A DNA stretch of 64,000 nt from Thermoplasmatota archaeon (GTDB lineage Archaea > Thermoplasmatota > Poseidoniia > MGIII > CG-Epi1): contig JAYYHK010000036.1 of NCBI GenBank assembly GCA_036148495.1, forward strand, positions 2,125 to 66,124. The letters run 5' to 3'. Within the stretch, counting starts at the first letter, position 1; every line of letters starts with the position of its first letter. Shown here piece by piece: positions 9,758 to 19,657 of the stretch. Made by a program: the position numbers and the translations under genes. Under the pieces are notes generated by a model. The model was not told the origin of the DNA and searched no databases. It saw only the letters and a program-made list of their open reading frames with translations.

Positions 9758-10156
9758 ATGGTAAGCGAATGGCGTAAAAATCTTGATAAATTTTTGCAAG
9801 AACATATGCTCGCAGTTAGCTTAGTGTTTGCAATAATTAGTGGATTCATGACTTACGTAGGAATGATGGGTGAATTTTATTCAACTTCCTCATTATCTCC
9901 TGACATGATACTAGATGTCATCGGAGATTACGATATTTTCGTATTCATTTTTGGCTTGATTATTTTTGGTTTTTCAGCCTATTATCTTTGGTTAACTAAG
10001 CACTACATGGATAGATTTGAAGAGATAATATCTACAAGCTCTAAAAAAGAGTTCCAAAGGAATTGGACTGAAATAGAGCAGATAGCACGGTATCAACTTC
10101 CTAAAGAGTACAGAAAAAGAGTAGCAGAGGCACGCAAGAAGTTTGGTTTGAAGTAA
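9758..10156 (+). CDS. Membrane protein, DUF3198-like
   Basis: Two TM segments followed by SSKKEFQRNWTEIEQIARYQLP, resembling the Thermoplasmata DUF3198 family. Confidence 0.6.
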   Translation: MVSEWRKNLDKFLQEHMLAVSLVFAIISGFMTYVGMMGEFYSTSSLSPDMILDVIGDYDIFVFIFGLIIFGFSAYYLWLTKHYMDRFEEIISTSSKKEFQRNWTEIEQIARYQLPKEYRKRVAEARKKFGLK

Positions 10157-10222
10157 TTGAGAAATTTTATATAGAAGACTTTTTACTCTAATTAGAGGTT
10201 AACAACCTTAGGTTCATTACTG

Positions 10223-10771
10223 ATGGAATTGGAAGAAAAATTTGAAGAAACAAATAACGACGACGAATCTGTTGTCCCTGACGAAAAGTCAGTTGATGAA
10301 TTATCAGTTCTTAAGAAGGAATTGGAAGATGTGAAAGATAAATTTGCGCGTTCAATGGCTGATTTGGACAATTTTAAGAAGAGAATCGAAAGAGATCGTG
10401 AGCAACAAAATCTTAAAAGTAAAGGTTTAGCAGTATTAAACTTTCTTGAAGTTGTGGAATTAATAGATAAGGCATCTAACTCAGACTACCCTGATTTAGC
10501 CAGTGCTGTTGAAGGCATAGGTGGGATTCAAAAGTTTACTAAATCATTTTTAAAATCAATGAAAGTTGAAAGATTTAATCCTGTTGATGAACCCTTCGAT
10601 TTCCGTTTCCATGAAGCATTAACAACAGTAGTTAACGAAGATATTGAACCTCATACAATAGTGGATGTGATTCAAGCAGGATATTTAATTGAAGGAGAGC
10701 TACTAAGGCCTGCAAAGGTAGTAGTATCCAAAAAAGAAGAAAAAAAAGAACAAGAAGAAAAAGGTGAGTAA
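10223..10771 (+). CDS. grpE: Nucleotide exchange factor GrpE
   Basis: ADLDNFKKR, FDFRFHEA, GYLIEGELLRPAKVVV; adjacent to dnaK. Confidence 0.95.
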   Translation: MELEEKFEETNNDDESVVPDEKSVDELSVLKKELEDVKDKFARSMADLDNFKKRIERDREQQNLKSKGLAVLNFLEVVELIDKASNSDYPDLASAVEGIGGIQKFTKSFLKSMKVERFNPVDEPFDFRFHEALTTVVNEDIEPHTIVDVIQAGYLIEGELLRPAKVVVSKKEEKKEQEEKGE

Positions 10772-10774
10772 AAA

Positions 10775-12640
10775 GTGGCAAAAGAAGTTATAATTGGCAT
10801 AGATTTAGGTACGACAAACTCTGAGGCAGCCTATCTCGAGGGAGGTAGACCTGTAATCATACCTTCAGCAGAAGGTTCGACCTTTGGTGGTAAGATGTTC
10901 CCGTCTGTAGTGGCATTTACCAAAGATGGTGAGAGAATTGTAGGAGACCCAGCTAAAAGGCAAGCAGTGTTGAACCCTGAAAACACAATAATGCACATCA
11001 AGCGTAAAATGGGAACAAAGCATAGAGTTAATATCAAAAAGAAAAAATATTCTCCAGAAGAAATTTCTGCTATGGTACTTCAAAAGATAAAAGCAGATTC
11101 TGAGGCTCATTTGGGAGTTGATATTGAAAAGGCAGTAATCACTGTGCCGGCTTACTTTAACGACAATCAAAGACAGGCAACTATAGACGCAGGAAAAATT
11201 GCAGGTTTGAAAGTTGAAAGAATAATTAACGAACCTACCGCAGCTGCACTCGCATATGGTCTAGATAAAGAAGGAGAGTACACAGTAGCAGTTTTAGATC
11301 TCGGCGGCGGTACTTTCGATGTTACTATTATGGAGATGGATAACGGAGTTTTTGACGTAATATCAACATCTGGTGATAATAACTTAGGAGGTACTGACAT
11401 GGATGATGCTCTTGTAGATTACTTAGCAGATTTGTTTAAGGAAGAAAATGGTATTGATTTAAGGGATGACCAAGCCGCACGACAGCGTCTGCATGATGCC
11501 GCAGAAAAAGCAAAGATAGAATTGAGTAACACTCTAAAATCCACTATTAATCTACCCTACATTTGGTCAGATTCAAGTGGTCCTAAGCATCTTGAGCATG
11601 ATTTTACTAGAGCTAAACTCGAAGATATTGTTGGCCCAGTAATTGCAAAATGTGAAAAACCGATTAAGCAAGCCTTCAAAGATGCTAAGATGAAGCCAGG
11701 CGACGTCGATAAAGTTATTCTTGTTGGAGGTCCTACAAGGATGCCAACAGTACAGGAGGCATTTGAAAAATTTGTTGGCAGAAAAGCTGAAAGAGGAGTT
11801 GATCCAATGCAATGTGTAGCAATGGGTGCTGCTATTCAGGCAGGTGTTCTTGCTGGAGATATCAAAGATGTTGTTCTACTTGATGTAACTCCTTTAACTT
11901 TAGGAATTGAGACAGAAGGCTCTGTAATGACTCCTTTGATTGATAGAAATACCACAATTCCAACTAATAAGTCTAAAATATTTTCAACGGCTGCAGATAA
12001 TCAGCCTGGAGTTGAAATCCATGTTCTACAAGGTGAAAGAACTATGGCTGCAGATAATGATACATTAGGGAAATTTCAGCTGGTTGGAATTCCTCCTGCA
12101 GCACGAGGAGTACCACAAATTGAAGTTAGCTTCGATATAGATCGCAATGGTGTAATGAATGTGACAGCTAAGGATTTAGGTACTAATAATGAGCAGAAAA
12201 TTGAAATTACCTCAAAATCTAATTTGAGCGATGAAGAGATTGAAGAAAAAGTCAAAGAAGCCGAGCAGTATGCAGATGAAGATAAACAAGCTAGAGAAGT
12301 AATTGAAACTAGAAATCAAGCCGAATCATTTATTTATGCTACAGATAAAGCGATTAAAGATCTTGGTGATAAAGTAGATGACAATACTAAAGTCTCTGTA
12401 GACGAAGCCAAAGAAAAATTGAAAGAGGCTATGAAAGGGGACGAACTTGAACCTATGCAGAAAGCATTTGAAGAATTTCAACAAGCGTCTCAAGCAGTAG
12501 CTGAAATGGCTTATCAACAAGCGGCTGAAGAACAAGCTAAGAATGAATCTGCAGATCCGGAATCAGCTGACAAGTCAGATTCTAAAGATGATGACAATGT
12601 TGTTGATGTAGACTACGAAGAAGTTGAAGAAGAAAAGTAG
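10775..12640 (+). CDS. dnaK: Molecular chaperone DnaK (Hsp70)
   Basis: [52 protein letters not shown]. Confidence 0.99.
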   Translation: MAKEVIIGIDLGTTNSEAAYLEGGRPVIIPSAEGSTFGGKMFPSVVAFTKDGERIVGDPAKRQAVLNPENTIMHIKRKMGTKHRVNIKKKKYSPEEISAMVLQKIKADSEAHLGVDIEKAVITVPAYFNDNQRQATIDAGKIAGLKVERIINEPTAAALAYGLDKEGEYTVAVLDLGGGTFDVTIMEMDNGVFDVISTSGDNNLGGTDMDDALVDYLADLFKEENGIDLRDDQAARQRLHDAAEKAKIELSNTLKSTINLPYIWSDSSGPKHLEHDFTRAKLEDIVGPVIAKCEKPIKQAFKDAKMKPGDVDKVILVGGPTRMPTVQEAFEKFVGRKAERGVDPMQCVAMGAAIQAGVLAGDIKDVVLLDVTPLTLGIETEGSVMTPLIDRNTTIPTNKSKIFSTAADNQPGVEIHVLQGERTMAADNDTLGKFQLVGIPPAARGVPQIEVSFDIDRNGVMNVTAKDLGTNNEQKIEITSKSNLSDEEIEEKVKEAEQYADEDKQAREVIETRNQAESFIYATDKAIKDLGDKVDDNTKVSVDEAKEKLKEAMKGDELEPMQKAFEEFQQASQAVAEMAYQQAAEEQAKNESADPESADKSDSKDDDNVVDVDYEEVEEEK

Positions 12641-12673
12641 GCAAGTATAAATTCCCCTTTTCTTTGTAGAATT

Positions 12674-13495
12674 ATGACTGACAAAGTCTCTTTTACAAAT
12701 TTTGGAAGAAGACGTAAAGTTCGTAAAATTAAGCGTAAAAAGACACAAGGTTCTAGCATAGTAGCTACGCCAAGAGACCGTTCAGCCACAGTACCAGTGC
12801 AAGAATCAGTAAGTAATTTTGCTCCAAATTCAAATAAATTTAAGTTTCCTCTTCTTGAAATATCAGTAACACAAGTGAATCCTTCTGGGAAAGATTCATG
12901 GTGTGAGATGCAAGTCTCCTTGCGCAATATTGGTAACGGAGCAGCTCGTTCAATTACAATTTCCTTTGATAATTTAGAATCAAGAGGAAAAACTGTGGTC
13001 GATGAGTTGGAAGTTGATTCAAATATAATTCTTGATCTTGAAGTCAAATCAAGTTCTAGAGAATCTTCGATAACAAGAATGGATGTATTTTATCACACAA
13101 TAGAGGGGGATACATTTTCAATAGTCAGGAGAGACTGGTTTCCAAACGAAAACAGGAATGAAATTATTTTTCATAATGAAATTCCACCTGGAGAGGAAGC
13201 TAAAGCTAATTTATACTCCAGGAAAGAAGTTATGTCAGATGATTTTCACATAATATGTACTAAGTGTGAAGCTAGATCTCCGGCTAATTTTAGAATATGT
13301 GGCAAGTGTGGCTCTAGACTTCAAAAACGAGCAGATAGGTCACAAGATTGGGGTAGTAATCTCAAAGAGACAACAGCTGTACAAGATAACCGGGAAGTTT
13401 TAATGCAGAAATTGCGAAAACTTGGTGATCTGAAAGAGAAAGGCATGTTGAGCGATGATGAATTTTCAGCGGCTAAATCAAAGCTACTTAGGTAG
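12674..13495 (+). CDS. Hypothetical protein with Ig/CARDB-like, double zinc-ribbon and SHOCT domains
   Basis: Basic N-terminus, LRNIGNGAARSI (CARDB-like), CTKC...FRICGKCG (double zinc ribbon) and C-terminal LRKLGDLKEKGMLSDDEFSAAKSKLL (SHOCT). Confidence 0.75.
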   Translation: MTDKVSFTNFGRRRKVRKIKRKKTQGSSIVATPRDRSATVPVQESVSNFAPNSNKFKFPLLEISVTQVNPSGKDSWCEMQVSLRNIGNGAARSITISFDNLESRGKTVVDELEVDSNIILDLEVKSSSRESSITRMDVFYHTIEGDTFSIVRRDWFPNENRNEIIFHNEIPPGEEAKANLYSRKEVMSDDFHIICTKCEARSPANFRICGKCGSRLQKRADRSQDWGSNLKETTAVQDNREVLMQKLRKLGDLKEKGMLSDDEFSAAKSKLLR

Positions 13496-13496
13496 C

Positions 13497-15035
13497 CTAT
13501 ACAGCTTCTGCATCAAGAACGTCATCGTCAAAATTACCGTCTGATACTGGTCCTTTTTTCACAGAATCAGCTACTTTGTTGTTTAGGAAGAATATGAAAA
13601 TTACTAAGATTATGGCCCATTGAATTACCATAGTAATAATTGTGAAAAGCCCTAGCCCCATTCCCTCTATTGGGGAATTACTTTGATCCTGTAGTTTTTC
13701 ATAAATGAAAAATCCGAAAACAGCGATAAATTCAAGAGGAAACACGTATTTGATTATATATTCCCACCATTTACCTATTTGTAAATCAGCATATTTGGTA
13801 TTAATGAGGTTGTTTCTGAAGTCACTTACGCCAAATCTCATGACTACAACTGCCACCATTAATCCAGATACAATTAGTCCAGTGCCCCATACAAAGTCTT
13901 GATTGTCTAAAAATTCTAAGCTTACTGCTGAAGGTATGCCGGCAAGGGCAACTGCCAGAGCAATGTATCTTACAGCTTCTTTTCTTTCCCAACCCATGTC
14001 TACGAAATTAACAACACAGGCTTGGAATGTAGAAACCATAGATGTTAATGCAGCGAATGACATTGCCAAGAAAAAAACACTACCAATTATCCATCCAGCA
14101 GTTCCCATAGATGCGAATAGAGCAGTTAAGTGGATGAAAGTGAGGCCTGAAGATCCTGATTCAACGGCTTCCAGACCTTCAGCAGTTGAGCCAGACAGTG
14201 CAAAAACGGTACTTAGTACTGCAACTCCTGCTATCAGTGAAACTGAATTGTTACCTAAGCCTGTTAGGAAAGCATTTAGTCCAATATCTTCTTTTTTCCT
14301 CATAGCAACAGCATAAGTAATAGCCATACCAAATCCTGCAGATGTGGACCAAGCAGATTGAATTAGTGCTCTAATCCATGTCTCACTCCTGAAAAGGTAT
14401 TCAGTTTGAGGAATAAATAGAAACTTAAGGCCAATTATAGCACCTGATGGATTCAGGAAGAATGGATAAATCATAGCCACAACAAGGAAAGAAATTAAAC
14501 ATGGAATCAGAATTTTGTTAGCTCTTTCTATACCGCTGATTCCATTGTAAACAATAAATGCAGAAAGTCCTACTGCAATTAGCTGAAAAAATATTACCTC
14601 GAAAGGTGAAGAAATAAAATTTTCCCATAATGCTTGGGTTTGTGCAGTATCATCTGCGGCACTCATTTCTCCAGATATAGCAATCCAGAAGTAGCGAATA
14701 GTCCATCCCATAACCACAGCATAGTAGAATCCTACGGCAGTACCTACCCAAAGCATCCAAATTCCCAGCCAAGTGAAATTACGTCCAGCCATATCTCTCA
14801 TAGCGCCAACAGTACCTAGCCTAGTTTTCTTTCCAATAGCAAATTCAGCTATCAAAAGGGGAATTGACCAAGCAAATAGAAACAGGAGCCATCCGATCAT
14901 GAAAGCCCCTCCACCATTAGCAGCAGCTTCTCTGGGGAATCGCCAAATATTACCAGTTCCTACAGCAGCTCCTATGGTTGTTAAAATAAGTCCTAATCTT
15001 GACGAGAATTGTTCATTTTCTTTTCCATCAGCCAT
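13497..15035 (-). CDS. Sodium-dependent transporter, NSS/SNF family
   Basis: FSSRLGLILTTIGAAVGTGNIWRFP, GGGAF, LIAEFAIG; about 12 TM segments. Confidence 0.93.
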   Translation of the reverse strand: MADGKENEQFSSRLGLILTTIGAAVGTGNIWRFPREAAANGGGAFMIGWLLFLFAWSIPLLIAEFAIGKKTRLGTVGAMRDMAGRNFTWLGIWMLWVGTAVGFYYAVVMGWTIRYFWIAISGEMSAADDTAQTQALWENFISSPFEVIFFQLIAVGLSAFIVYNGISGIERANKILIPCLISFLVVAMIYPFFLNPSGAIIGLKFLFIPQTEYLFRSETWIRALIQSAWSTSAGFGMAITYAVAMRKKEDIGLNAFLTGLGNNSVSLIAGVAVLSTVFALSGSTAEGLEAVESGSSGLTFIHLTALFASMGTAGWIIGSVFFLAMSFAALTSMVSTFQACVVNFVDMGWERKEAVRYIALAVALAGIPSAVSLEFLDNQDFVWGTGLIVSGLMVAVVVMRFGVSDFRNNLINTKYADLQIGKWWEYIIKYVFPLEFIAVFGFFIYEKLQDQSNSPIEGMGLGLFTIITMVIQWAIILVIFIFFLNNKVADSVKKGPVSDGNFDDDVLDAEAV

Positions 15036-15037
15036 TT

Positions 15038-17398
15038 CTAACTCCTTTTAGCTTTCCTTGAGCTCTTCTTAGGAGTTGAGACGTTTCCTTCCTTTTTCTT
15101 TTCAGCTTCAGTGGCAATACCAACAGCCTTGTACAAGCCGCCCCAAACAACACCGTATAGTATTCCCATCATAAATATCATCGCGAAAAAGTCTACGTAA
15201 GGATTACCAAATCCAATTATGTCATCGACAAAAATTGTAATAGGCTCAGCACTTCCATATCCGGTAAAAACAAAACCTCCACCGAATGCATATGCAAGTC
15301 TAGAATCTTGACCCACGGCATAGAATTGCACGTCCATCGAGTCCTCAGTTTCAGGTATTTTAGCTTCGTATACTGAATTTCTTACGTTTACAAATCCAGA
15401 GCTGCTGTTGTAGTTTGAATAATCCTTAGAATCACAGTTGGTTATACAAGACATTGTAATTTCATTCCACATATCTTCCTGCATTTGCTCTGTCCTATAC
15501 ATCAATTTTAAAGATTCCTGCAGAAGATACTGCGAATTTTCAACACTTACTTTAACGGAGATATCATCATTAGAGTACATTCTATCTTCATCAAATTCAA
15601 CGCTTGAGTCAGTACCAAAACCCACTTTTTCGGCGTCTTTGTTAGAAAGAATTGTCAGTTTTGGCATCATAGTATCTTCAGGGGAATTTATCGAGTCTAC
15701 TCCTAAGTTCCCGGTGTCTGACGTAATCATTTGTCCGATTCTTGCTTTAGGAGATTCATCTAAAAAGTGAATATTTGTTAGAAGATGCATCCTGACAGTT
15801 GGCCTAATGAGCAATGGGTCTGCATGGAATCCACTTGTCAAGCCCCCCTGACTACCACATTCGTTTAGCTCAACAGTATATGAGAATGAGCCTTGCATTC
15901 CATACAGATAATCGTTAATATCTCCAGAAACTTTGTACCCTCCTTGATCTTTCCAGTTTCCATAACCTGTGACATTCATTAATGGTTTAACTTGATTTTC
16001 CATGTAAAGTTCATGAGGAGGGTCTTGGTCCTTGTAACCCCATGGCCAAATGTAAAGGGCTGAGCATGAATGGTACGAAACGGAATTCATAAAATTGTGT
16101 TTCATATCATGTGCTTCGGTTCTATAATTTCTAATAAAATCACCATCTGGTGCAGTTACAAACATTTCAGGCCAATTATCTCTTATAAATCCATTTTCAT
16201 AATCTTCGAGATATTTATCTTGAGGATAGTCGTCATAAATATCAAGTCTCCATGTTAAGTATTCGATAACCTGGGTTTCAGGCTCAGAAAAGCCCCCTTC
16301 ACGATCCTCATCAATCATTCCGTCTCCGTCATCATCAATATGTAGTGCATCCGGAGGATCTTCATCAATTCCAGTTTGTGTATTTTGGTCGCCAATACTT
16401 ATCGGAGTATCACACAGGTCACTATCGCAGTCGCCGTCGTCGTCAAATAAATCTCTTGGACCGTGATATACATCTGAGCATGGGTTATCGTCATCGACAG
16501 TGAATTCGACCTCTAAATCATCTCCAATGACGGCTTGTCCCTGAGTGTTGTGAGACCATTCCATAGGATAATTACGATTAATATCAACGCCGTCACATTC
16601 GTCTCCATATCTGTCATTTCCGTCATTATCACGCATATTTTTACGCCAAAATCTGTCCGGGTCTTCTCTATCAAAATTATACCCATCGGGATTTAAAAGT
16701 GGAATAATCCAAGTTTCACGGTTGTTTACTAAATGTGTTACGCGAGCTTCACTAGGATCTTCGTCAATTCCTTCGTCAATAATACCATCTCCATCATTAT
16801 CTATTCCATCGAATAATGCCCGTCCAAATTCATCAACTCTACCACCTTGCTCTCCATCACCGTCATTATCAACACCATCAATCATGTCTTCATTTACTAG
16901 CCCATCTCCGTCATTGTCAATAGGGCCTTCTCCGTAGAAATAAGTTAGATAGTGTATGAAATACATTACAGTTGGAATCGTCATCCATTCTCTGGAATGA
17001 TGATTACTAACTAAGAAATATGTTTCTTCATCGGGGTCATCATAGAAATCAGGTTCGTTAGCTACATTATCTGAAATTTTAACTCCGTAGATCTCATTTC
17101 CTTGCCAAGTCTGACCAGCAGGAATTATATCGGTTAATGTATATAGCTCTACAATGTCAGGATATTGAGTTGCAAATTCTAATAGCTGTGCATAAACTTC
17201 AGCCGAGGTTTCATAATAGTCGTCATAAAATATATCGAATGGGAACGTAATAGTTCTATCTATGGTGTCATTTTCATGACCATCAAACCCTTTTGGATAA
17301 TCATTAATCTTTGTAACTACAGGTTCATCTAGAGACCCTGTACTAACAGTGGTCAAACACAGCATGAGAACTATCGACATTGTATAAGCTTGATTCAT
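15038..17398 (-). CDS. Secreted, membrane-anchored M14 zinc carboxypeptidase with inserted DxDxDG repeats
   Basis: Signal peptide, HHSREW (zinc ligands), WRKN, GVDINRNY, FSEPET, SYHS and YTVEL (catalytic Glu). C-terminal TM helix with a basic tail. Confidence 0.9.
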   Translation of the reverse strand: MNQAYTMSIVLMLCLTTVSTGSLDEPVVTKINDYPKGFDGHENDTIDRTITFPFDIFYDDYYETSAEVYAQLLEFATQYPDIVELYTLTDIIPAGQTWQGNEIYGVKISDNVANEPDFYDDPDEETYFLVSNHHSREWMTIPTVMYFIHYLTYFYGEGPIDNDGDGLVNEDMIDGVDNDGDGEQGGRVDEFGRALFDGIDNDGDGIIDEGIDEDPSEARVTHLVNNRETWIIPLLNPDGYNFDREDPDRFWRKNMRDNDGNDRYGDECDGVDINRNYPMEWSHNTQGQAVIGDDLEVEFTVDDDNPCSDVYHGPRDLFDDDGDCDSDLCDTPISIGDQNTQTGIDEDPPDALHIDDDGDGMIDEDREGGFSEPETQVIEYLTWRLDIYDDYPQDKYLEDYENGFIRDNWPEMFVTAPDGDFIRNYRTEAHDMKHNFMNSVSYHSCSALYIWPWGYKDQDPPHELYMENQVKPLMNVTGYGNWKDQGGYKVSGDINDYLYGMQGSFSYTVELNECGSQGGLTSGFHADPLLIRPTVRMHLLTNIHFLDESPKARIGQMITSDTGNLGVDSINSPEDTMMPKLTILSNKDAEKVGFGTDSSVEFDEDRMYSNDDISVKVSVENSQYLLQESLKLMYRTEQMQEDMWNEITMSCITNCDSKDYSNYNSSSGFVNVRNSVYEAKIPETEDSMDVQFYAVGQDSRLAYAFGGGFVFTGYGSAEPITIFVDDIIGFGNPYVDFFAMIFMMGILYGVVWGGLYKAVGIATEAEKKKEGNVSTPKKSSRKAKRS

Positions 17399-17476
17399 CT
17401 AACATTACATTAGAGGCTTACATTATAAAATTTCTTCAATAGATATCTTCATTAATATTGTCCAAAGTAATAGATA

Positions 17477-17620
17477 ATGCTTAAGTGTAAAGACTGCCCA
17501 CATTGGTATGGTGGTGAAGACCATGGATTCGGTAGCTGTAGGCTTAAGTTGCAAGTAAAAAAAAAGAAATTTTTAACTTTTGGACAGCAAGATTGTGATG
17601 AGGGATATTTAGATGGTTAA
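17477..17620 (+). CDS. Small 47-aa four-cysteine protein (putative Zn or Fe-S binding); not in the ORF track
   Basis: MLKCKDCPHWYGGEDHGFGSCRLKLQVKKKKFLTFGQQDCDEGYLDG*. The stop overlaps the start of the GNAT gene by 8 nt. Confidence 0.7.
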   Translation: MLKCKDCPHWYGGEDHGFGSCRLKLQVKKKKFLTFGQQDCDEGYLDG

Positions 17621-18464
17621 AGTCAGAAATCTCCTCGAATCTGATCTAGATAATGCCAAGTATTTAACAGATTCTGAGGATTGGGGGAATTCAAAAAGTG
17701 ACTGGGTGCGCTTATTCAAAATGAGCACACCTCTAGGTGCCTATCAAAATGATAAATTGGTTGGAGTTACTACGGCATTTGATTTTGGCAGTTTGGGGAT
17801 GATTGGAAATGTTATTGTTTCGGCTAAGTTTAGAGGCAAAGATATTGGGAGCAAACTAGTAACTGAGGCAAAGAAGAGACTTGAATCTTGCGATTCAGTG
17901 CGAGTTCATTCAAACATGAATTCGACAAGGTTTTACAAAAAATTGGGTTTTACTCCCGAAGGTATGTCAACATTATTTCGATTAGATGCAGAGTTAAAAG
18001 AGTTTCAACCTTTTGCTATTGATTCGGATGATAATATAGTTCCTGCGGAAGGATACCTTGATGAAATTTTAGAAATGGATCAGAGACAGTTTGGGGGAGA
18101 TAGATCTGAGCTTATCAAAGATTTCATTAGAAACTTACCACAATGTGCATTTGTGGCGCTGGATGAAAATCAAGTCGTCAAAGGATTTATTGTTGTTAAA
18201 GGAGATGAAAACTGGTACGAAGTTGGCCCATGGGTTGTTGAGCCAGGATGTAAAAATTGGAGAGGTATGCTTCAGAAATCAGTATTTGCTATCCCACCAA
18301 AGTCTACGGTTGATATATTTGTCCCAGCACCAAATCACCGTATCACGAGCCTACTTGATTCGGTTGGGTATAATGCTGATTCTTACTATATGTCAATGTT
18401 TTACGGTAATGATTGGCCGGATGAATCAAACATATGCGCTAGAGGAGGAGGTGACAAAGGTTGA
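17613..18464 (+). CDS. GNAT family N-acetyltransferase (YitH/HolE-like two-domain)
   Basis: IGNVIVSAKFRGKDIGSKL (acetyl-CoA motif A) and FYKKLGF. The second domain, with DQRQFGGDRSEL and VGPWV, is typical of YitH-like proteins. Confidence 0.85.
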   Translation: MVKVRNLLESDLDNAKYLTDSEDWGNSKSDWVRLFKMSTPLGAYQNDKLVGVTTAFDFGSLGMIGNVIVSAKFRGKDIGSKLVTEAKKRLESCDSVRVHSNMNSTRFYKKLGFTPEGMSTLFRLDAELKEFQPFAIDSDDNIVPAEGYLDEILEMDQRQFGGDRSELIKDFIRNLPQCAFVALDENQVVKGFIVVKGDENWYEVGPWVVEPGCKNWRGMLQKSVFAIPPKSTVDIFVPAPNHRITSLLDSVGYNADSYYMSMFYGNDWPDESNICARGGGDKG

Positions 18465-19657
18465 AATTCTTCAACACACTTACTGGTAAAAAAGAGGATT
18501 TTCTTGCTGATTCTAATAATATAGGATTATACATCTGTGGCCCTACAGTCTATTCAAAAACACATCTTGGTCATGCAAAATCATATGTTTCTTTTGACAT
18601 TTTGAAAAGGTGGTTATCCTACAAAGGATATGAAGTAACACACATACAAAACTTCACTGATGTTTCAGATGAAACCGCTCTTGGAGCTTTAAAGGAAGGG
18701 ACTGACGAAGAAAGTTTTACCCAGAAATATGAAGATGAGTTTTTGGACAAAATGAAAAAATTATCCAATACATTTGCAACAAAATACACAAGAGCCTCAG
18801 AGTTCGTCAATCAAATAGCTATGGAAACTAAAAAACTACTTGATTCTGGTGATGCATACCAAACACAGAAAGGTGTTTTTGTAAGAATTAAACAGGAAGA
18901 ACATGGTAAATTATTACGAGTTAATCTTGAGGAATCATTAGTTGAAAAGACCTGTGATGTAGATTCAGGTCCTAAGGAAAGCCCGCATGATACCTTGCTA
19001 TGGGGTCCTCCTTTGGAAGGTGGTAAATCTTGGGAAGTCGAAGGATTGCCGCCAGGAAGACCAGGATGGCATTTGGAATGCACTCTAATGTCATCTTCTG
19101 AGTTAGATTTACCAATTGATATTCATTGGGGTGGAATAGATTTGATTTATCCGCATCATGAAACTGAAATGATTTTAGCTGAAAAATTAGGACTAGGTAA
19201 TTATTGTGATTTTTGGATGCACAATGGATTAATGGAAGACGCTGAGGGCAAACTATCAAAATCTAGAGGCGAAAGGATAACCTTAGAAGAAGTTTTTGAG
19301 GAATGTCCGCCAGCATCATTAAGATTTTATTTGCTGAGTTACCATTATCGAGATTTTACGCCTTACACACCTAGTGCACTTTTAGAAGCTTGTAACGAAG
19401 CTGAAAAGTTGGGAATTAATGCTGTAGACTGTATGATTGTTGATCCGACAGATCCTAGGGAAGATGAAGAATTAGTATCTCTAGTTTCAGAATTCGAAGA
19501 AGCACTAGCTGATGATCTTGATACACCTAGAGCTCTTAAAGTATTGCGAGATTTAGATAAGATAGCAGGAAAACGCTTAAGAGATAACAACAATTTAGGA
19601 CCAGTTTCAGGTATGTATAGTATTTTTGAATGTGTCTTAGGTTTGTTTTCTAATTGA
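18461..19657 (+). CDS. Cysteine--tRNA ligase-like class I protein lacking the C-terminal anticodon-binding domain
   Basis: YICGPTVY, HLGH (HIGH), GRPGWHLEC, DIHWGGIDLIYPHHETE, KLSKS (KMSKS) and a DALR-like FEEALADDLDTPRAL. Ends at 398 aa, right after the DALR helices. Confidence 0.85.
   Translation: MKFFNTLTGKKEDFLADSNNIGLYICGPTVYSKTHLGHAKSYVSFDILKRWLSYKGYEVTHIQNFTDVSDETALGALKEGTDEESFTQKYEDEFLDKMKKLSNTFATKYTRASEFVNQIAMETKKLLDSGDAYQTQKGVFVRIKQEEHGKLLRVNLEESLVEKTCDVDSGPKESPHDTLLWGPPLEGGKSWEVEGLPPGRPGWHLECTLMSSSELDLPIDIHWGGIDLIYPHHETEMILAEKLGLGNYCDFWMHNGLMEDAEGKLSKSRGERITLEEVFEECPPASLRFYLLSYHYRDFTPYTPSALLEACNEAEKLGINAVDCMIVDPTDPREDEELVSLVSEFEEALADDLDTPRALKVLRDLDKIAGKRLRDNNNLGPVSGMYSIFECVLGLFSN

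Noticed and set aside
12613..13047. Numerous 60-170 aa antisense ORFs in the track (this one as an example)
   Set aside because: They lie opposite well-supported genes and lack motifs, so they are treated as shadow ORFs.
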